A DNA stretch of 63,687 nt, filler included, from Hausera hauseri (GCA_046269625.1; 12 parts of 12 records of this genome joined end to end with filler, not necessarily neighbours in it); one strand, 5' to 3'. Positions 12,559-26,704 are shown, counted from the whole stretch's first letter. Notes: generated by a model from the letters alone, not told the origin. Program-made: numbers and translations.

Positions 12559-15500
12559 AACAAAGAAAATTCTACTGCACCGAAACCCGTGGAACGTCAT
12601 GACCAAAGAAACAGTTACCAAAAAACTATAGCCACGGAAGAAGAAAGACACTTTCTCTCGAGCGATACACGATTCGAATCCAAAAGAAGCGATCAACAGA
12701 GTTATGAGCAAGGTGAAAATACTGTTACCTGATTTAGTGGACTTCATAACAAACAAGAAATCAGCCTATGTAAGTTCAATCGAAGCACCAGATAGTATTC
12801 GAATCGAATGCAAAACGCTCCTTGATGAACTTACAACAAAATTTGATTCTCCGCTGCCGAAGGTTCGTCCAAAATGGAACTTCTGCTTTCAAAGCATAAC
12901 AGAGATTATCAGCTTCATACATCTTACACATATTAAACTTGTTCAAGAAGACCCAGTTCCATTTAAACACCTATATCCACATATTGGAAAAAGGTTAAAC
13001 GAAATTAAAACCGTAACAGGCGATCAAAAGCGCAAATTACCACTGAAATGGCCAAATCTGGAGAAGATAGACGATTCAAGTGTAAAAACTCAATTCAAAA
13101 ATGAGGCACTTTAAAAGACGCTAGTTGAAACACTAGACAGTTTTCTGAAACACTGCCATCAAACAGCAAATTACCCGTTTACAGAAATGACCTTCAGAAC
13201 AGTACGCGACATTTTCAACACAACAAATCTCCTCTTACAAGCCGTGTTCAATTCAGATAGCATCAAGACATTGAATGTCAAAGTTCGGACACTCAACCAA
13301 TTAAACAACTCACAATTGGTGCACAAGAGGATCCAAACACCAAAGACAACATTGATGAAGAAGCTAAAAACTCACTTGTTGTTCATAGGACAAAGAAAAC
13401 CACTAATTCCAGCTGCTTAGCCAGCTGTGATACGACAGATTCCTTGAGCGAAGTTCCGACAACAAAATCACATTTATCAGGTACTGAAGAACAAGAGAAC
13501 CTTGAAAATAATGTTCAGACAAATCTAAAAGACGAATGGTTCTACGAAGATGGCATTTCCTATGTCGGGACTCAACATTCCATAAAACATCAAGCTTATC
13601 ACACCAACAGTATTCTCTAACAGCTACAACAAACTTATTCTACTGAAAGAGAACTAGGAAAAAATCGGCACTATTCTTGAACCAACGGTCTTCGATGACC
13701 ATTGGTATCTGCTAGCAGTAAACATGTATAGATACGTAATTCAAGTTCTTGATTCCCAGTACGACGACTATAATCTGAAAATAAAAGGTCACTGGCAAGA
13801 TGTGTGTTTGCGAATGCAAAAAGATCAACTCGACCACTCTAACTGGGGAAAAAGTTTCCTACGAAATTACCAAAATATACAAACTCAGTTGACTGCAATC
13901 CATACGCGTGTGGATTCATTGGTCACTTGTGATGGAGGACCATTAGAAAATATAAAACCTGATGAAGTTCGACGAGTGGTTGAAAAACAATCCCATGTAA
14001 CGTTGGTGACGACATGGACTTTTCCACGATGTCAACAGCATCGTCGGCAAATGTACAGTTAGACTCCTCCATACTACAAACAGAGGAAAGCGGATCCACC
14101 TTTAGGAGAATTTACGGCGGAGTCCAAGACAACGTTGGTAAATACTGGCTCAGCGATGAAGACATCGCATTATACTGCACCACAATACGCACTCCTGAAC
14201 AAACCTTCACTCTTGATCCGACATTGTTTGCTTCGGTAATTTCCAATCATGAAGCAGTAGATCATTCTGATGTTCAAGAGCTTTGAAATACGGAAACAAT
14301 ACTCTTTCCCGTTATAGACAGAGGGCACTGGATTCTACTGAAACTTGCAAAAACTACCGGCATTATTGAGATGTTTGATTCGTCCGCACATCCAGTTGAT
14401 AATGAAATATCCAAACTGTTCCATGAGATATTCAGAAAATTACCAAACTCCCTCCCGTGTCAGCCATCCAACTGGAAAACGGCATCGGCCGCGGTTCCGA
14501 AACAGGAAAACAACATTGATTGCGGGCCTTTTGTATCTCATTTTATGAAATTGATATACCAGAAATCCCCAATGGACAACGTAGATATAACCAGCATCCT
14601 CCAAGCAGATTCAGCTCTGAAAATCAATGAATCATTCAGTAAAGAAGACTCAACCAAGAAACTTCAGAAAACACCGTCAGTATTTCTGTTCCAGACAGGC
14701 TATAAATCCCTCTGCGTCACAGACAATTGCAACAAATAGATAAATTCTGTTGATAAGGAGGACTTGAAAGAGCATAATAAAATGGTTCACAAGTTTAGAA
14801 TCATATGACCACGAAAAATCATGTGACAAAATTGACGAGGAAACAAAAAAAAACACCCAAGGAAGAAATCTACAAACTAGATCTTAGAAATCTAGAAATC
14901 GACAAACTAGAAAGTCCTTAAATGTTCTCACTCAAATTGCGACAAAAGATATAATAATGAGCCATTGGGAAGATCACTCCAAAGAAATGAAAGCTGATTC
15001 TCTAGTAACATGCGTTAAATGCACAGAAAAAATAAGCTGCGAAAAAAATCTATCAACACGTAACTGAGATTAACAGAAACTCTAAATGACGGTCGCGGGA
15101 TGAAGCATTATCCAATGACAGCCTGGAACACAAGCAAAGTGCTGATCTTCGGGTGAATGTTACCAACCGCTGTTTTGTTTGATTCAACGACAACAAAGCG
15201 CTTAATTCTGAAAATGAGGACTTCATCCGACGTACAATATGTTTTTCAGACTTTGTGGACATCAACAATATATATACTGATTGATCTTCACAGATCATGG
15301 ACACCGCTTAACGTTTCTAGCCTGAATTGAAGAAGGAACTTGCGAAATTGTGGATTCAACCAAGTCACGAATATAGAAGCTGCTACAGGATACGGGAAAA
15401 TCTATAAAACTCTGTTCAGCAGCTCTATCCGACCATGGGAATTAAACAAGCAGAACCACACGAAAACTCATGCTGCGACTATGCAAGCATCATATGCACA

Positions 15501-16900
15501 ACTTCTAAAGAATCTGACAATCAACTCACCAGCAGTAATCAACTTGGATCTTATGAAAAACGAACTTCTAAACTTAGATAACCATTAGATATCACAACTG
15601 TCAATCCTAAAAAGATCAGTAACAAGGCACTCGTTAAACAATCGGAAACAGACAGCTGCTGATCTTGCTACTGCTATGACCGACTGGGACATGGGGAAAG
15701 CTATAACCAAACTACACTGTTACATCCTGAAAAAAAGTGATGAAAAGACTCCAAAGAAAAACATTCGACAGGACCACAAAATCTTCGACCGCCTAATACA
15801 TGAAATGAATATTAGAAAGCAATACTTCAGGGGAAAGAAAGTTTCCATGGACAGAATCCTGGACGACTCACTAGTCTTCGATCATACATCCGTGAAGACA
15901 TTGTTGATTACTACTCACTAAAAATCAAGTACCAGAACCCGCAGACTGGAATGGTGGATTCTGCTTGCGGCAAAGACGTAATTTCCAATTTTACGCACCT
16001 TTCGCTCAAGAAATCCGAAAGCACATAAGAAAACCTATGAATTCCACAGCTGTTGAAGACACTATCTTCTGCAAAGGCATAATATACGCCGACCCAGAGT
16101 GCAAAATGATACAATCTATCTTCACTAAAATAAAATCAACCGGCACTTCTCCATCATGTTGGAAGCAGTTCAAAACTCTATTTATCCCAAAGAAAGACAG
16201 ACGGCTAATACAATTGCATTATCTCTTGGAGACCAATTGCTCTTTCCTCCTCGTACAAAATGTTCACCGGACTACTAGCGTTACAATCTCCAAAATGGAT
16301 CCACAATGACAACTTGTTACATGCGTTCCAGAAAAATATGGGTCTACCCGAAGGATGTGTCGAGCACAATTTCGTCCTCACGTCAGTCCTTGAGCACGAA
16401 AAAAGAAATAACATTTTAAAATGCAACATTGCCGTTCTAGATATCAAAGATGCCTTTGGGACTTCCAGTAGAACTAATCCACGGGTTACTGACCCGTATG
16501 GTCTATCATATTGATTTAGCCAACATGATAAAGGCTCTGTACGAATATTGCAGCTCTTCCTACATATGTGCAACTGGACACATACCCATACTGCTGAGAG
16601 TTAGATAAGGATGCTCCTTTCAATGTTTTTAATCATCAATCCTGTGCTAGAGGAGTTACAAAAATCCAGAAGCAGGTTACGTGTTCCACGATCAAAGTAT
16701 ATCAATGCTGGGTTACGCAGACGACCTTGCGCTCGTTGCTATGACTAGAAGGTGATGACAGCCTGCGCAGAATCTTTTTCAAACAGAGTTGTATTAGCTT
16801 CCAATCCCTCAAAATGTGGTTACTTAAGCCAAAAATATAATCCATTACAAATTTACGATCAAGAAATCAGTGAGATAAAAGACGACTCAACTTATAGATG
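12559..16900 (+). mobile_element. Decayed NeSL/R2-group non-LTR retrotransposon: two Ulp1 (C48) domains, C2H2 fingers, RT
   Basis: WLSDEDI..HW..FDS..PKQEN.IDCG (14140-14550) and a second HWY..LDS..NSVDC domain (13540-13930); RT motifs LFIPKK, WRPIAL, QK..EGCVEH, LDIKDAFG, GYADDLAL, NPSKC. Confidence 0.85.
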
Positions 16901-17319
16901 CCTTCACCTATAGATGATTTTAGTTTCAGTTGCGACCGAAATATTATAGCAAGATGCACAGGGCAGTCATGAAAATGAATTCGTACCGAGATGCATAAAT
17001 TGCATGCTTGGTAAAATAAAATTGTGCGAGGTGATATCGAAATGAGACCACGAAAGAGTTATGCATAATTCTGCTTACATCGTGGAACATCGGTTGTGAA
17101 ATAACTTGCTAACGGCGTCAAATCGAAACGAAGCGTCGTTAAATTGCTCAGTAAGTTTCAATACGTCATTTTTCTAATCATGTGGATTTATCAAATGTTG
17201 AATCCGTAAATGGCACGATTTAACTTTATAACAGAAATGCTACGATATAAAAAATGAAAATCCCGAAGAAAACTCGACATCGATGATCACATGTGAAAAT
17301 GAACAAACTACGAGGAGAG

Positions 17320-17420
17320 TAATGCCTACCAGTTGCGGTATAGTAAATGGACGCAAAGTAAATGTCTTGAGAGACACCTGATAAACAGTGATCATTGTTA
17401 GGCAAAAGTATGTTGGCGAG
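17320..17420 (+). pseudogene. Remnant of a different Gypsy aspartic protease (LRDTG type)
   Basis: MPTSCGIVNGRKVNVLRDT**TVIIVRQKYV. Confidence 0.55.
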
Positions 17421-17612
17421 AGCCAATATAGGAGGCATAACAGAAATTCAGTGTGTACTACTCCAACTGCTACGATCGACGTTGACACACGTTACTACAT
17501 CTGAGTTGTAGANNNNNNNNNNNNNNNNNNNNNNNNNNNNNNNNNNNNNNNNNNNNTTAATTAATTAANNNNNNNNNNNNNNNNNNNNNNNNNNNNNNNN
17601 NNNNNNNNNNNN

Positions 17613-20445
17613 AAGTGCAAGGTTCCGAGAAAAGAACGCATCTCTGTTGATGTACATGGTAGCTGTATGTTTTTGAGCTGTGTGATGCGCTCTGGCTGAG
17701 GTGAATATCCGGAGGAGTTAATAACATGTCCTAGGAAATTGACCTTATGTTAAAAAAGGAGCATTTAGAAAAATTGATTTGCAAGTTGTTTTGGTGCAAG
17801 CGTTGGAAGAACAGACGTAAGTGTTCGGCGTGTTGTTTCGAGGATGATGATGTAGGGATAAGCGAAGTATAAGCCTTATAGGACTGTATCAATATGTCTT
17901 TGAAAGGTCTGGGAAGCGCTACTGAGTCCAAAAGGCATAAAGAGGTATTCGAAAGGGCCGAAAGGTGTAATTACCCCCGTTTTGGGATGTCTGCTCGTGC
18001 CACCGGAATTTGGTGGTATGCTTTGTGTAAATCAATGCAGGAAAAGATGGTCGAACCATGGAGCCAGTGTAGAATATCGTTGACTAATGGTAGAGGGTAG
18101 GCATCCATTGTTGTTATCATGTTGAGTTGGCGGTAATCACCGCATGAGTGAAAGGTACCATCTTTTTTGAACCACATGCAGTGGTGAAGACCAAGGGGAT
18201 TTTGATCTTATGATTATTTCTGACTTTTTCAGTTCGAGAAACTCTGCCTCTACTGCCTGTCTGCGACGAGGCGATAGCGGACGGACCTTTTGACTTATTG
18301 GTCTTTGATGTGCTGTTACTATGTGATGAAAGGTGGATTGAGGTGGTGCAAATGATTTGTCCTTCTGCAACAGACGCGTGCAGGAGGACGAAATGTATTG
18401 CTGTAGATCAGAAGACAGCGATGACACATTATCTGATGGTGTCGATGTATCGTGACTGGAAGCAGTTGAGGTGTGAGTTATAGACGATGTGTTGCAACTG
18501 GGTGGTATTTGGTGTAGGATGTTCGTGTTGAAGATGGTGTTGGTAGCTGTGCTATTAGTAATGGGTGCCACGCAGTTGGCAATATCGCATTTGTCACCGT
18601 AATAAAAATTTCTATATAATAAATGATTATGAAAATAATTCAAATCAGTAGTCGTTTTCTGTAGTATTGACTTACTGGACGTGATCGCTGGGGTGGTCAT
18701 CGAAATGCTGTTGATTTGGTTAATATTATTTCCGCTCTTTAAGGAACATTGTTTGCAATCTACAAGTAAATTGTAGTGGGACAGAAAGACTGAACCAAAT
18801 ATAGGTGTGCGTACATTGGCTACTGTAAATTTTCATGTGAATGTGTTTGTGAAGTGTGGAAGAGTGAGTGTTAAATTGGTAACTCCAAAAATTTGTAAAG
18901 GTTCACCGGACGCATTGAATAATTGCTTTTGTGAAGTGTAATGGTGTTAAATGTGTTGTGTTGATGGCAGTAGAGAGATTGCTGCGCCGGTGTCTATAAG
19001 AAAGTTTATTTTTTGTTTTGTTGGAGTGACGGCTGCTGCTTCCAACGTGAAGACAGCAAAGGAAATGTGTCGGCTATGTTTCTGCTGGTTGTTGTCTTTG
19101 CTACGACTTGCCGTGTGTCCTAGCGGCGAAATTAGTTTTTTGGAGCTTGTGAGTTTGGCTTACTGTTTTGTGTGAGCTTATTAGTGTTGGTCTTATTGTT
19201 TGTGCTGTAGATACCGCCAGGTAGGCATTTTTGTGCTTTTGTGCCAAATTTTGAGTGGTAGATGCAAACGATGTTGCTTGTATTAAAAACAGACGAATGA
19301 AATTTACAACCGATGCAGCATTTCTGAGCATTGTTGCCAAATTTCCTATGACAATAGCAAATTGATGACTGCGCGGGCGAAGACGACCGTCCTTGGCGTT
19401 CATTAAATATATTAGGGTAAGCAGCTCTAGAAAAACCCCGTCGAGGCAGCCTTAATTCGTTTTGTTTGTCGTTGTTGTTGTTCATTGTTTTTTGCAATAT
19501 TTCATTTTCTGCGTGCACTTGCGCAATTTGTTGCTGCCGCATTGTATTTTGTTGTTGTTGGTCTGTTGATAATGCTGCAGAGATAGTTGGTGCTGCGTGT
19601 GAATGTAGTACTTCGTGTGCTTTGTCTACCAGTTCGGCTAGCTTGTCAAGAGCCGTGGAGTCTTCAACCACAGTTAGCAAAGCTTTTATTTGAAGGGGCA
19701 ATGCATTTAAGAAATAGCGACGAAGAAGCACGGGACTGTGTTCAGAGGTTACGCCAAGGGTCTTGAGGTAAGACAAAGATGTGCGTAGGAATTCGGAAGT
19801 CTTTTGAGGGCCCATGGCGTTGTCGTTAAAGAACCTTTGAATGATTGAATCGATTGAAGGCTCAGTAACCTTGAGAACGGCATTATAGAGTTGGGTATAT
19901 GGGTCAGTGTGGTGAAGGATATCGATTATATTGGTGATTTTAGTTTTAATGTACGCTTGTAAGTGGAAAAGATGCTGTTGTCTTTGGCTAAAGAGTTGAC
20001 GACGTTTTGTGATTGCAGCCAAAATTGGTGCAGTTTTAGCCAAGTTTGAGTAGAGTTTTAGCTATCGATAATGTATTCGGTGCAGGATGAATGAGTGAGG
20101 AAGGTATGTTGTGTAGGGGTGTTGGAAGCGTTGTGTTTACGTAAATGAATGATGGGATCTGTTCTTTAATGAGTTTGTCCGTGGTGTCAATTGTGGGTGA
20201 CAAGTCCATGCCACCACGGATGCGGAAATGAATTTGAAAGCAGACGAAAGTTGTGGAAAGTTGTAGGGGTTCAGCAAAAGGTACTACAGATCCATTGTAT
20301 GTGAGGGAGAAATCAGAGGAGTAAAGTAAGGAAGAGATGAGGGTGTCAATGGTTGCAGTGTGTAAATGCAATGCTGTGTATATGTGTATGTTTGTTATTT
20401 AGAAAAAGAAAGATGGATTAGGGAGAGGTTGTATGTCCGGGGGCG
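17613..20445 (-). mobile_element. CsRn1-clade Gypsy element A, internal region (Ubl-gag, protease, partial RT), degenerate
   Basis: Gag with CxxHx9CxxxC knuckles, FLIDTG protease, CGDYRQLN/DAYPLP/DLHKAYHQIP RT motifs. Confidence 0.92.
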
Positions 20446-20730
20446 TGTTGTGGGGCGGAAGCGCAAAGCGCCGTCTGACCCACTGGCGCAGGGTTGGCGG
20501 CCGGGACATCAACCCCGCCACGGCGGGTCCCAAATTGCGGGCTAACCGAATTTCCCCTCGAAGGCTTTAATTATTCTCGCGGAGGACCCAATGAATTTCT
20601 TTTCGGATTTTATCGAACACGGCGTTTTGAATCCCCGTCTGTCGCCACCAACAACGCCATCTGAAATATCGCGCAACCGGGGACTTCGTGGAATTTGTAC
20701 ACATGGCAATTTAAACGAATAATCAGCTAC
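20446..20730 (-). repeat. Conserved LTR-tail segment of element A, ending CACAACA
   Basis: Alignable end to end with 59544-59830; terminus is the reverse complement of the TGTTGTG head. Confidence 0.7.
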
Positions 20731-21033
20731 TTGTTTGGACGAATCTGAACCATATTGAACTGATAGAATGAAATGTCTTTTGTGGATAAGGATTTCCGGT
20801 TCTTTCTTGATTTCGTTTTCGATTAAATTTTCACTCATTTGCCGTAGAGTCTTTTCATAAACCGAAACATTCGACTGCACAGTCTGTAATTCATCTTCGA
20901 TCGTAAAGATCGAACCATGTTTGGACAACACATGTCTGTCGTTTATCGTATCAAATGAAGATTGTTCTCTCATCGACTGACCACTGCCCATTTCGTACAA
21001 ATTCGGATTCGGTAAATTGGAATATTCCAAACG

Positions 21034-21684
21034 TTACATCTCACGCATTCTCACTTGCATATTGAGTCGACGCCAAAACTTTTCCCGTCGTTGTTTCTGT
21101 CGCATTTTGTCTTCCTGCACTTTCCAATTCCGTTGGTTACCGGTTTTCACGTCGACGATCAGACTCGGGTCAAGTTTCGTTTTGTGCTGGAGTCGATGTC
21201 GTCGGCCTTTCAGATGAATTTCTTTTGCGTGAGGATAGTTGAATTTGCAACTACAAAGTTTAAAGAAAAATTGAATGGTTTTCCCATTTTCGTTCTTTGT
21301 CGTTTCGAAATATTCAGCGCCAACCGGCAACACACTTTTACCCTGTAAACTGTTCGGATCAACATGCTCTTCTGTCACTTTAGACGATGTAGACGTGTCG
21401 ACAGCTGATTCGGCTGTTGTCGATTGTGCCGCAATGAACATAATTTTAGGTGCTTCAGTGAAAACTACATTGCTCATATTGCCAGTTGAATCGATGCCGG
21501 TTGTCGTAGGTTTAGGAACAATTGGATCAGCGCATGGAAGTGATTTTCCTAATTTCTGGTGCAGTTTAAATGTTTTGTGGCGTTTCGTGCCACGAATGTG
21601 CGCTTGAAACGCATCAACCTCCGTACAAATAGCATCACACAGTACACACTGGAGTTGGCTGTGGTTACTTGTAACCGTATTCAT
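21034..21684 (-). pseudogene. ZFR: Zinc finger RNA-binding protein fragment
   Basis: C.LCD..CT..DA..AHIRG.K..K..KLH.KLGK and PVG.EY..CKL C.CKFN...AKE.HLKGRRHRLQ motifs. Confidence 0.85.
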
Positions 21685-22006
21685 ATGAATTTTAGATCCT
21701 GATGTTTTTTTCTTGTGCTTTTTTGAAGTGACTGTATAGTTAGCAGAAACATAGCAGAGTAGCGCATGATTTAACGATGATTTGGTAATTTACTTATGAA
21801 ATCTATAAGGCTGTTAAAATCTGAAGATAACAACTTATCAGCCTCGTCAGTTGCAAGGATTTTATGAAAATTCGTGAAGATAATGTCACTTTTAATTAAA
21901 GTAAATATTACCTTGGCCACCAATCTGAGCATTTCACTGTTTCTCTGATCAGTTTCTCTTTCGGTTAAGAGGTGTACAACTCCATGGGTATTTCTTAATA
22001 CAGATG

Positions 22007-23428
22007 CTACAGACTGCTGAGAAGCACAAGTAAACTCTGGCCATTTACGTCCACAATTTGATCATAAATTTTGATTCGACCGGATCGTGTGATTTTCGTG
22101 AAACGAACATCATCAACATTCACCCTTTTAGTGTCGCTTTGTGACGATCGCGTACCATAGGCATTTGAATTGAGGCTACATGATCGTGTAATTCTTATTG
22201 TAGGAATATGAAATATTTTGCTTTTAGTGGTTTTATGTTGACAAGAGTTACTCTCTTTTGAACTTTCTGAAAATTTTGAGTCAGCGTTAACACGGAATTC
22301 ATTATTGGATATGTTGTCCATAAGAGACGAATAATTGCTACTATTCATAGTATTTTCATCGAAATCTGCACAATTGAATTTAGCTTCATCTTCGGAATCA
22401 GCTTTCATTCGGTCGATTTTAGAATCATTCGATTTTTCATTTTCCAATAGACCATTTTTCGCGGATTTTTTAATAGTTAATTCAGGACTTTTGCACAATT
22501 GCTTTATTGTTTTCACCAGTTTATCAAAATATTGTTTTTTGGCCTTGGAGTTCAAATCAGGATTATTAGAAAGAATATTACATAATACAACACTGTAGTC
22601 TTTGATTGATTCCGACTTGCCATTTTCAAACTCAAATCTGATACAATCGTCTGAATTTTTACCAGCAGAAATAATATCGTTGCTACCACTTCGACATTCG
22701 CTTATACTCATTTTCAGGCGAGTACTGCAACATTCACTGTTGCCAGTTTTCATTGTGTCGTTTGTCCTGAATGCAGTTTTAATATTTACTAAATCAATTT
22801 CTTTATCTTTGTCTGCAATTTTTACGGGTGCGCTTTTCAAATTATTAACTTCGTCAGAATTTGACCATGTAACAAGTGACTCCAATGACTGATTGAACTT
22901 TGACAAAACATTGAACTTATGTTCCTTTTGTTTTTGACTTAACGATTTCTGATTCGAACCAACGCCGCCGCAAGTGCTGCTATTATTAGTCACCGATGTA
23001 TCAATACCAACGTTTTGAGCTGTATGAATCTGTTGCAATTCAGGCATTTTTCTCTTCCGTTTGTAATAAGCTTCATTAGTGCTTTTGTATGTTTTGATTA
23101 AATAAACGGATAATTTCCTTAACGGACTAAATTCCGGATCTCTCAAACGATAAATATAATTGAAATTCGAATTCATGTTAAACAAACCATGGCCAGTGAT
23201 GGACAACGAATTAACAATATTCGGATGATGAGATGAGAAACAATCCGGTGTTAAAATTGATCCACTATTAAGCGATGGATGATGGTAAACTGACGAGATT
23301 GGCATATCTCCAGATTTTTTCATTCTTGGCGTGAAACGAAATATTTTTGGACATTTTCTGACAACAATTTCTAATGTTTTTAAATCTTTCTTCGACACTA
23401 TGAAATAATGTGTAATTGCTTTGTTCAC
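22007..23428 (-). CDS. Long low-complexity ORF of unknown, probably chimeric host origin
   Basis: 473-aa open frame rich in Ser/Asn/Lys; no recognisable domain. Confidence 0.35.
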   Translation of the reverse strand: MNKAITHYFIVSKKDLKTLEIVVRKCPKIFRFTPRMKKSGDMPISSVYHHPSLNSGSILTPDCFSSHHPNIVNSLSITGHGLFNMNSNFNYIYRLRDPEFSPLRKLSVYLIKTYKSTNEAYYKRKRKMPELQQIHTAQNVGIDTSVTNNSSTCGGVGSNQKSLSQKQKEHKFNVLSKFNQSLESLVTWSNSDEVNNLKSAPVKIADKDKEIDLVNIKTAFRTNDTMKTGNSECCSTRLKMSISECRSGSNDIISAGKNSDDCIRFEFENGKSESIKDYSVVLCNILSNNPDLNSKAKKQYFDKLVKTIKQLCKSPELTIKKSAKNGLLENEKSNDSKIDRMKADSEDEAKFNCADFDENTMNSSNYSSLMDNISNNEFRVNADSKFSESSKESNSCQHKTTKSKIFHIPTIRITRSCSLNSNAYGTRSSQSDTKRVNVDDVRFTKITRSGRIKIYDQIVDVNGQSLLVLLSSL

Positions 23429-23538
23429 TTAGCTTAATTCCTGAATACTCCAAATCAAATGCAATTGAATCATATTCCTTTATTTTTGCGGCCATTTGTG
23501 GAAACAGTGCAGGAAAATTTTTTTCTATTTACATCCAT
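23370..23538 (-). pseudogene. PARN: N-terminal fragment of PARN/PNLDC1-type CAF1 deadenylase
   Basis: MDVNRKNF..KIKEYDSIAFDLEYSGI..FHSVEERFKNIR matches the PARN-family N-terminus. Confidence 0.7.
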
Positions 23539-26049
23539 CATGCGATAATAAAATAATTTTGTAAAGATAGTCTTATGTACAATGTAAAGATAGGTTACCT
23601 GACAGCAATAGAATTGTTAGACTTATCGGATAAATAATCATCATATTGTGAAACATATTGACAAGAATCATTGGCATCGCCACCACCTGCCGTTAATGAA
23701 TTCGAATAATCGGAATTCGACTGATTAAATAGCGAATTGTCTGTGCAATGTGTCACTGACGTATTGCCACAGGATAAGACAATGTAATTTCGTCCAGAAA
23801 GATTTGGCTGATTTACAAATTGCATATTTCTAACAGATGGAAACGAATTTGAAGATAAATCATTTGAATTAAACTTTGTCGTCAAGCTGTTATTAAGAAC
23901 ATTATGATTAATGGAATTTGACTGAATCTGACTATTTTGTACGGGTTGCGAATCCATGTATCAGAAATTTACATATGGAATTTTTTTAAAGCCTTGATGT
24001 GACACCAATTGTGAGTTTCTATAATAAATATCCGGGTATGTGAAAGCCAATACGTTTCAAAAAAAAGCAATCGCGAAGGATATAGTCAAGATGGCCAATA
24101 GCGAAATTAAAATTCCTAAATCGAAGAATTTATAATTTATTAAAACAACTTTTTTTATAAGAAACATTTTTTATATTCAACATGGCACAAATGCATTATG
24201 CAATAAATTTTTTTGTTCCTTTTTTCCAATACAAAACAGTACTTTTGAAAAAACTGANNNNNNNNNNCTTTTTTTAAGATCAACCATCCATGGTCTTTAT
24301 TAACCGATTCATACGAATTTTTCACTGAATACTGAACGCATTACGTTGTGGTAATGCTCGACTGAATTTAATTTGCCGATACATATACAAAGCTCGACTA
24401 TTCACATTCATAGCCGTAAGAAGTTTATCTTGAACATGATCATCAACAAATGCTATCATTGAATTGACTATAAAAAATTTTTATCATTTCTTGCCATGAT
24501 TCAAAAATAATTTTTGAAACCAGAACATNNNNNNNNNNNNNNNNNNNNNNNNNNNNNNNNNNNNNNNNNNNNTTAATTAATTAANNNNNNNNNNNNNNNN
24601 NNNNNNNNNNNNNNNNNNNNNNNNNNNNAAATTGTCGACTTTAAGGTCTTAATTCTGATTTTATATTATCCGACTGCTTAACTCGTTTACTCAACTTTAA
24701 CTGCTGTAACTTTTTTTGAAAATTTGAACATTTTCCCCTGAGTGTTCTCTCCTCTTGACTTAGAGAGATAGAATCGGATTGTTTGTGAGAACAGTTCTGT
24801 TTATTCTCCGTTTGAGAAATTGGAGTTTTTGATAACCGGCTCAGATGAATTGATGGATATTTTCGATTACCCAGTCCGAGTTGAGGAAGAAGTCGTACCC
24901 ACGTTGGCAACCAGTCATCAAAGTTGCTTGAAAAACCTTGATATCGTTCCCTTGCTTGGAAACCTTTAAGCGACATTGAATGAGAACAATCAGTTGTCGG
25001 GGTTCGGTGTTATAAAGAAAATCCTCGACCTTGTTCAACATTTCCTTGCCGTGACCAAAGCAGACGAAACACGCATCATCTGCTATCTAGTGAGACAAAT
25101 CTGCTCCTTTTAAAATTGTTATTAAAACTTCGGCGGCCTTCAGTGTTGAAGTTGTATTCAACGAAAAGATAGACAATAATTCAAAAGTTCGATCAACCAG
25201 CTCATCAAGTGAATTAACGCCAAAATGATCAAAGAAAAACCAATCTATATTCTGGATTTTCAATGTTAAAATTCGAAAACTTACATCGACTTTTAAAACT
25301 CCGATATTAGTTAAAAATTGCACAATATCCATCTACCCTGAGAAAAAGATATCACCAACAAGAATTATAAAATTAAGCAAAACCAAAAATCAACTGAATG
25401 AAAATTTCCAAAATGGAGACAACAATTTGCAAATTCAAAAAGGCAAAAAAAACTGTATTATTAAAACAAAATTTTTATCAATCAATACATGGCACACGAT
25501 AATTGTTAACTGAAAATCGTCTTTATCCCTAAAATTACTGAACACAAGACGCATTATTTTTTCTGCAACTTTACACTTTTCAATAACGATGGAAAAATTG
25601 TAAAACGAAACTGCAAATTGACATCGACGATTGTAGCAAACGAGACTGTTATATAAGGCTAAAAATATCGAAAATAATTCACGACTGTTGACGTGACAAA
25701 AACATTTGTAATAGAATACATTAAATTTATCATAAATTATCGGAAGTAATGACGAATATTTAGGTTCAATGAGAATCAAGTCAAGAAAATTCTGAACATT
25801 CCTAAATACAAATGATCTGTATGATTTTAGATGTGGATTGTTCTTTTTTTAAAATCCGCATATACTCCTCATTTAGTCGATAACTTTTATCCATTAACGT
25901 ATTTGTCGAGCCATATTTGTATTTCTTATTCACTCCGTCTACTGTTTTAAACTGAAATTTGCCAGTTGATCTGGAAAAATCAAAGCGTATTTGAAAGTCA
26001 AAATTTCCGCCATTAATTACGTTTTGAATTGTTTTAAGTGCTCGGCATG

Positions 26050-26270
26050 AATCAATCTTGGAGAAAAGTATGTCTGCTTTATCATCTGTAGACTCATCTT
26101 GGATATATTCAACTTGATTTTAAATATTTCAAATACATTTGGATACTTTGATAAAAAGTCTTTAGTAATCTGTTTAGCAGATGAACCCATTCGAATCATC
26201 AAGGGCGACGAAAAGTCCGAGTCGGAACCTTTCGCGCCTAATCAAATTTTGGTTCATCTTTCTGTTCGTC
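26050..26270 (-). pseudogene. Possible THADA-like fragment
   Basis: PLMIRMG.SAKQITKDFLSKYPNVFEIF resembles the THADA R.FG..FF..YP motif; weak. Confidence 0.25.
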
Positions 26271-26594
26271 TTTCATTATTCACAGATCTGACTGGTGTGG
26301 ATGCAGTTGAGTTATTAACAACGCCGGATTTGTTCATATTCGATGTCGTTGGATCTTGTCCTGCAACATCACTTTTCGTTTCAGCTGATTTCTTGAAAGC
26401 TTTGTTTGTGGTAGGTACATCTGCAAAGTCTGATGTTTCTTACTGTAGAACGTTTAAGCTAAGATTGAGTGACGGTAATAAATGAGATGGAGGAATGGGC
26501 AACTTTAAGTGTCTTGACATGTACACGTTCTGTATTTCGGATGGAATGATAGCGTATTGAGGCACATATGAATTGGTCAGAGTGATGAAGTGAT

Positions 26595-26704
26595 TTCTTT
26601 TGAGGCAGGAGATCGGGGCCCGCCTATGGGCCCGAGGCGGCAACGGACGCCCGGCCGTGTCCAACCAAATGGGCTTGAGGGCACCGGCCGCTGTGGGCAC
26701 CACA
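26595..26704 (-). repeat. LTR head, family 1 (TGTGGTGCCC..GATCTCCTGCCTC), no PPT before it
   Basis: GC-rich island homologous to 28041-28146 and 32475-32588. Confidence 0.8.

Noticed and set aside
20620-20650. GAATCCCCGTCTGTCGCCACCA as a tRNA 3' half or PBS
   Set aside because: T-arm spacing is off by one, the TGG is not conserved in copy B, and no LTR-terminal CA precedes it; kept only as an alternative
26595-26704. Family-1 GC islands as ~103-bp complete solo LTRs (TG..CTCA), or as HDV/hammerhead ribozymes
   Set aside because: No target-site duplications, similarity runs past the CA (AAAGAA in two copies), and I found no CUGANGA/GAAA or HDV core
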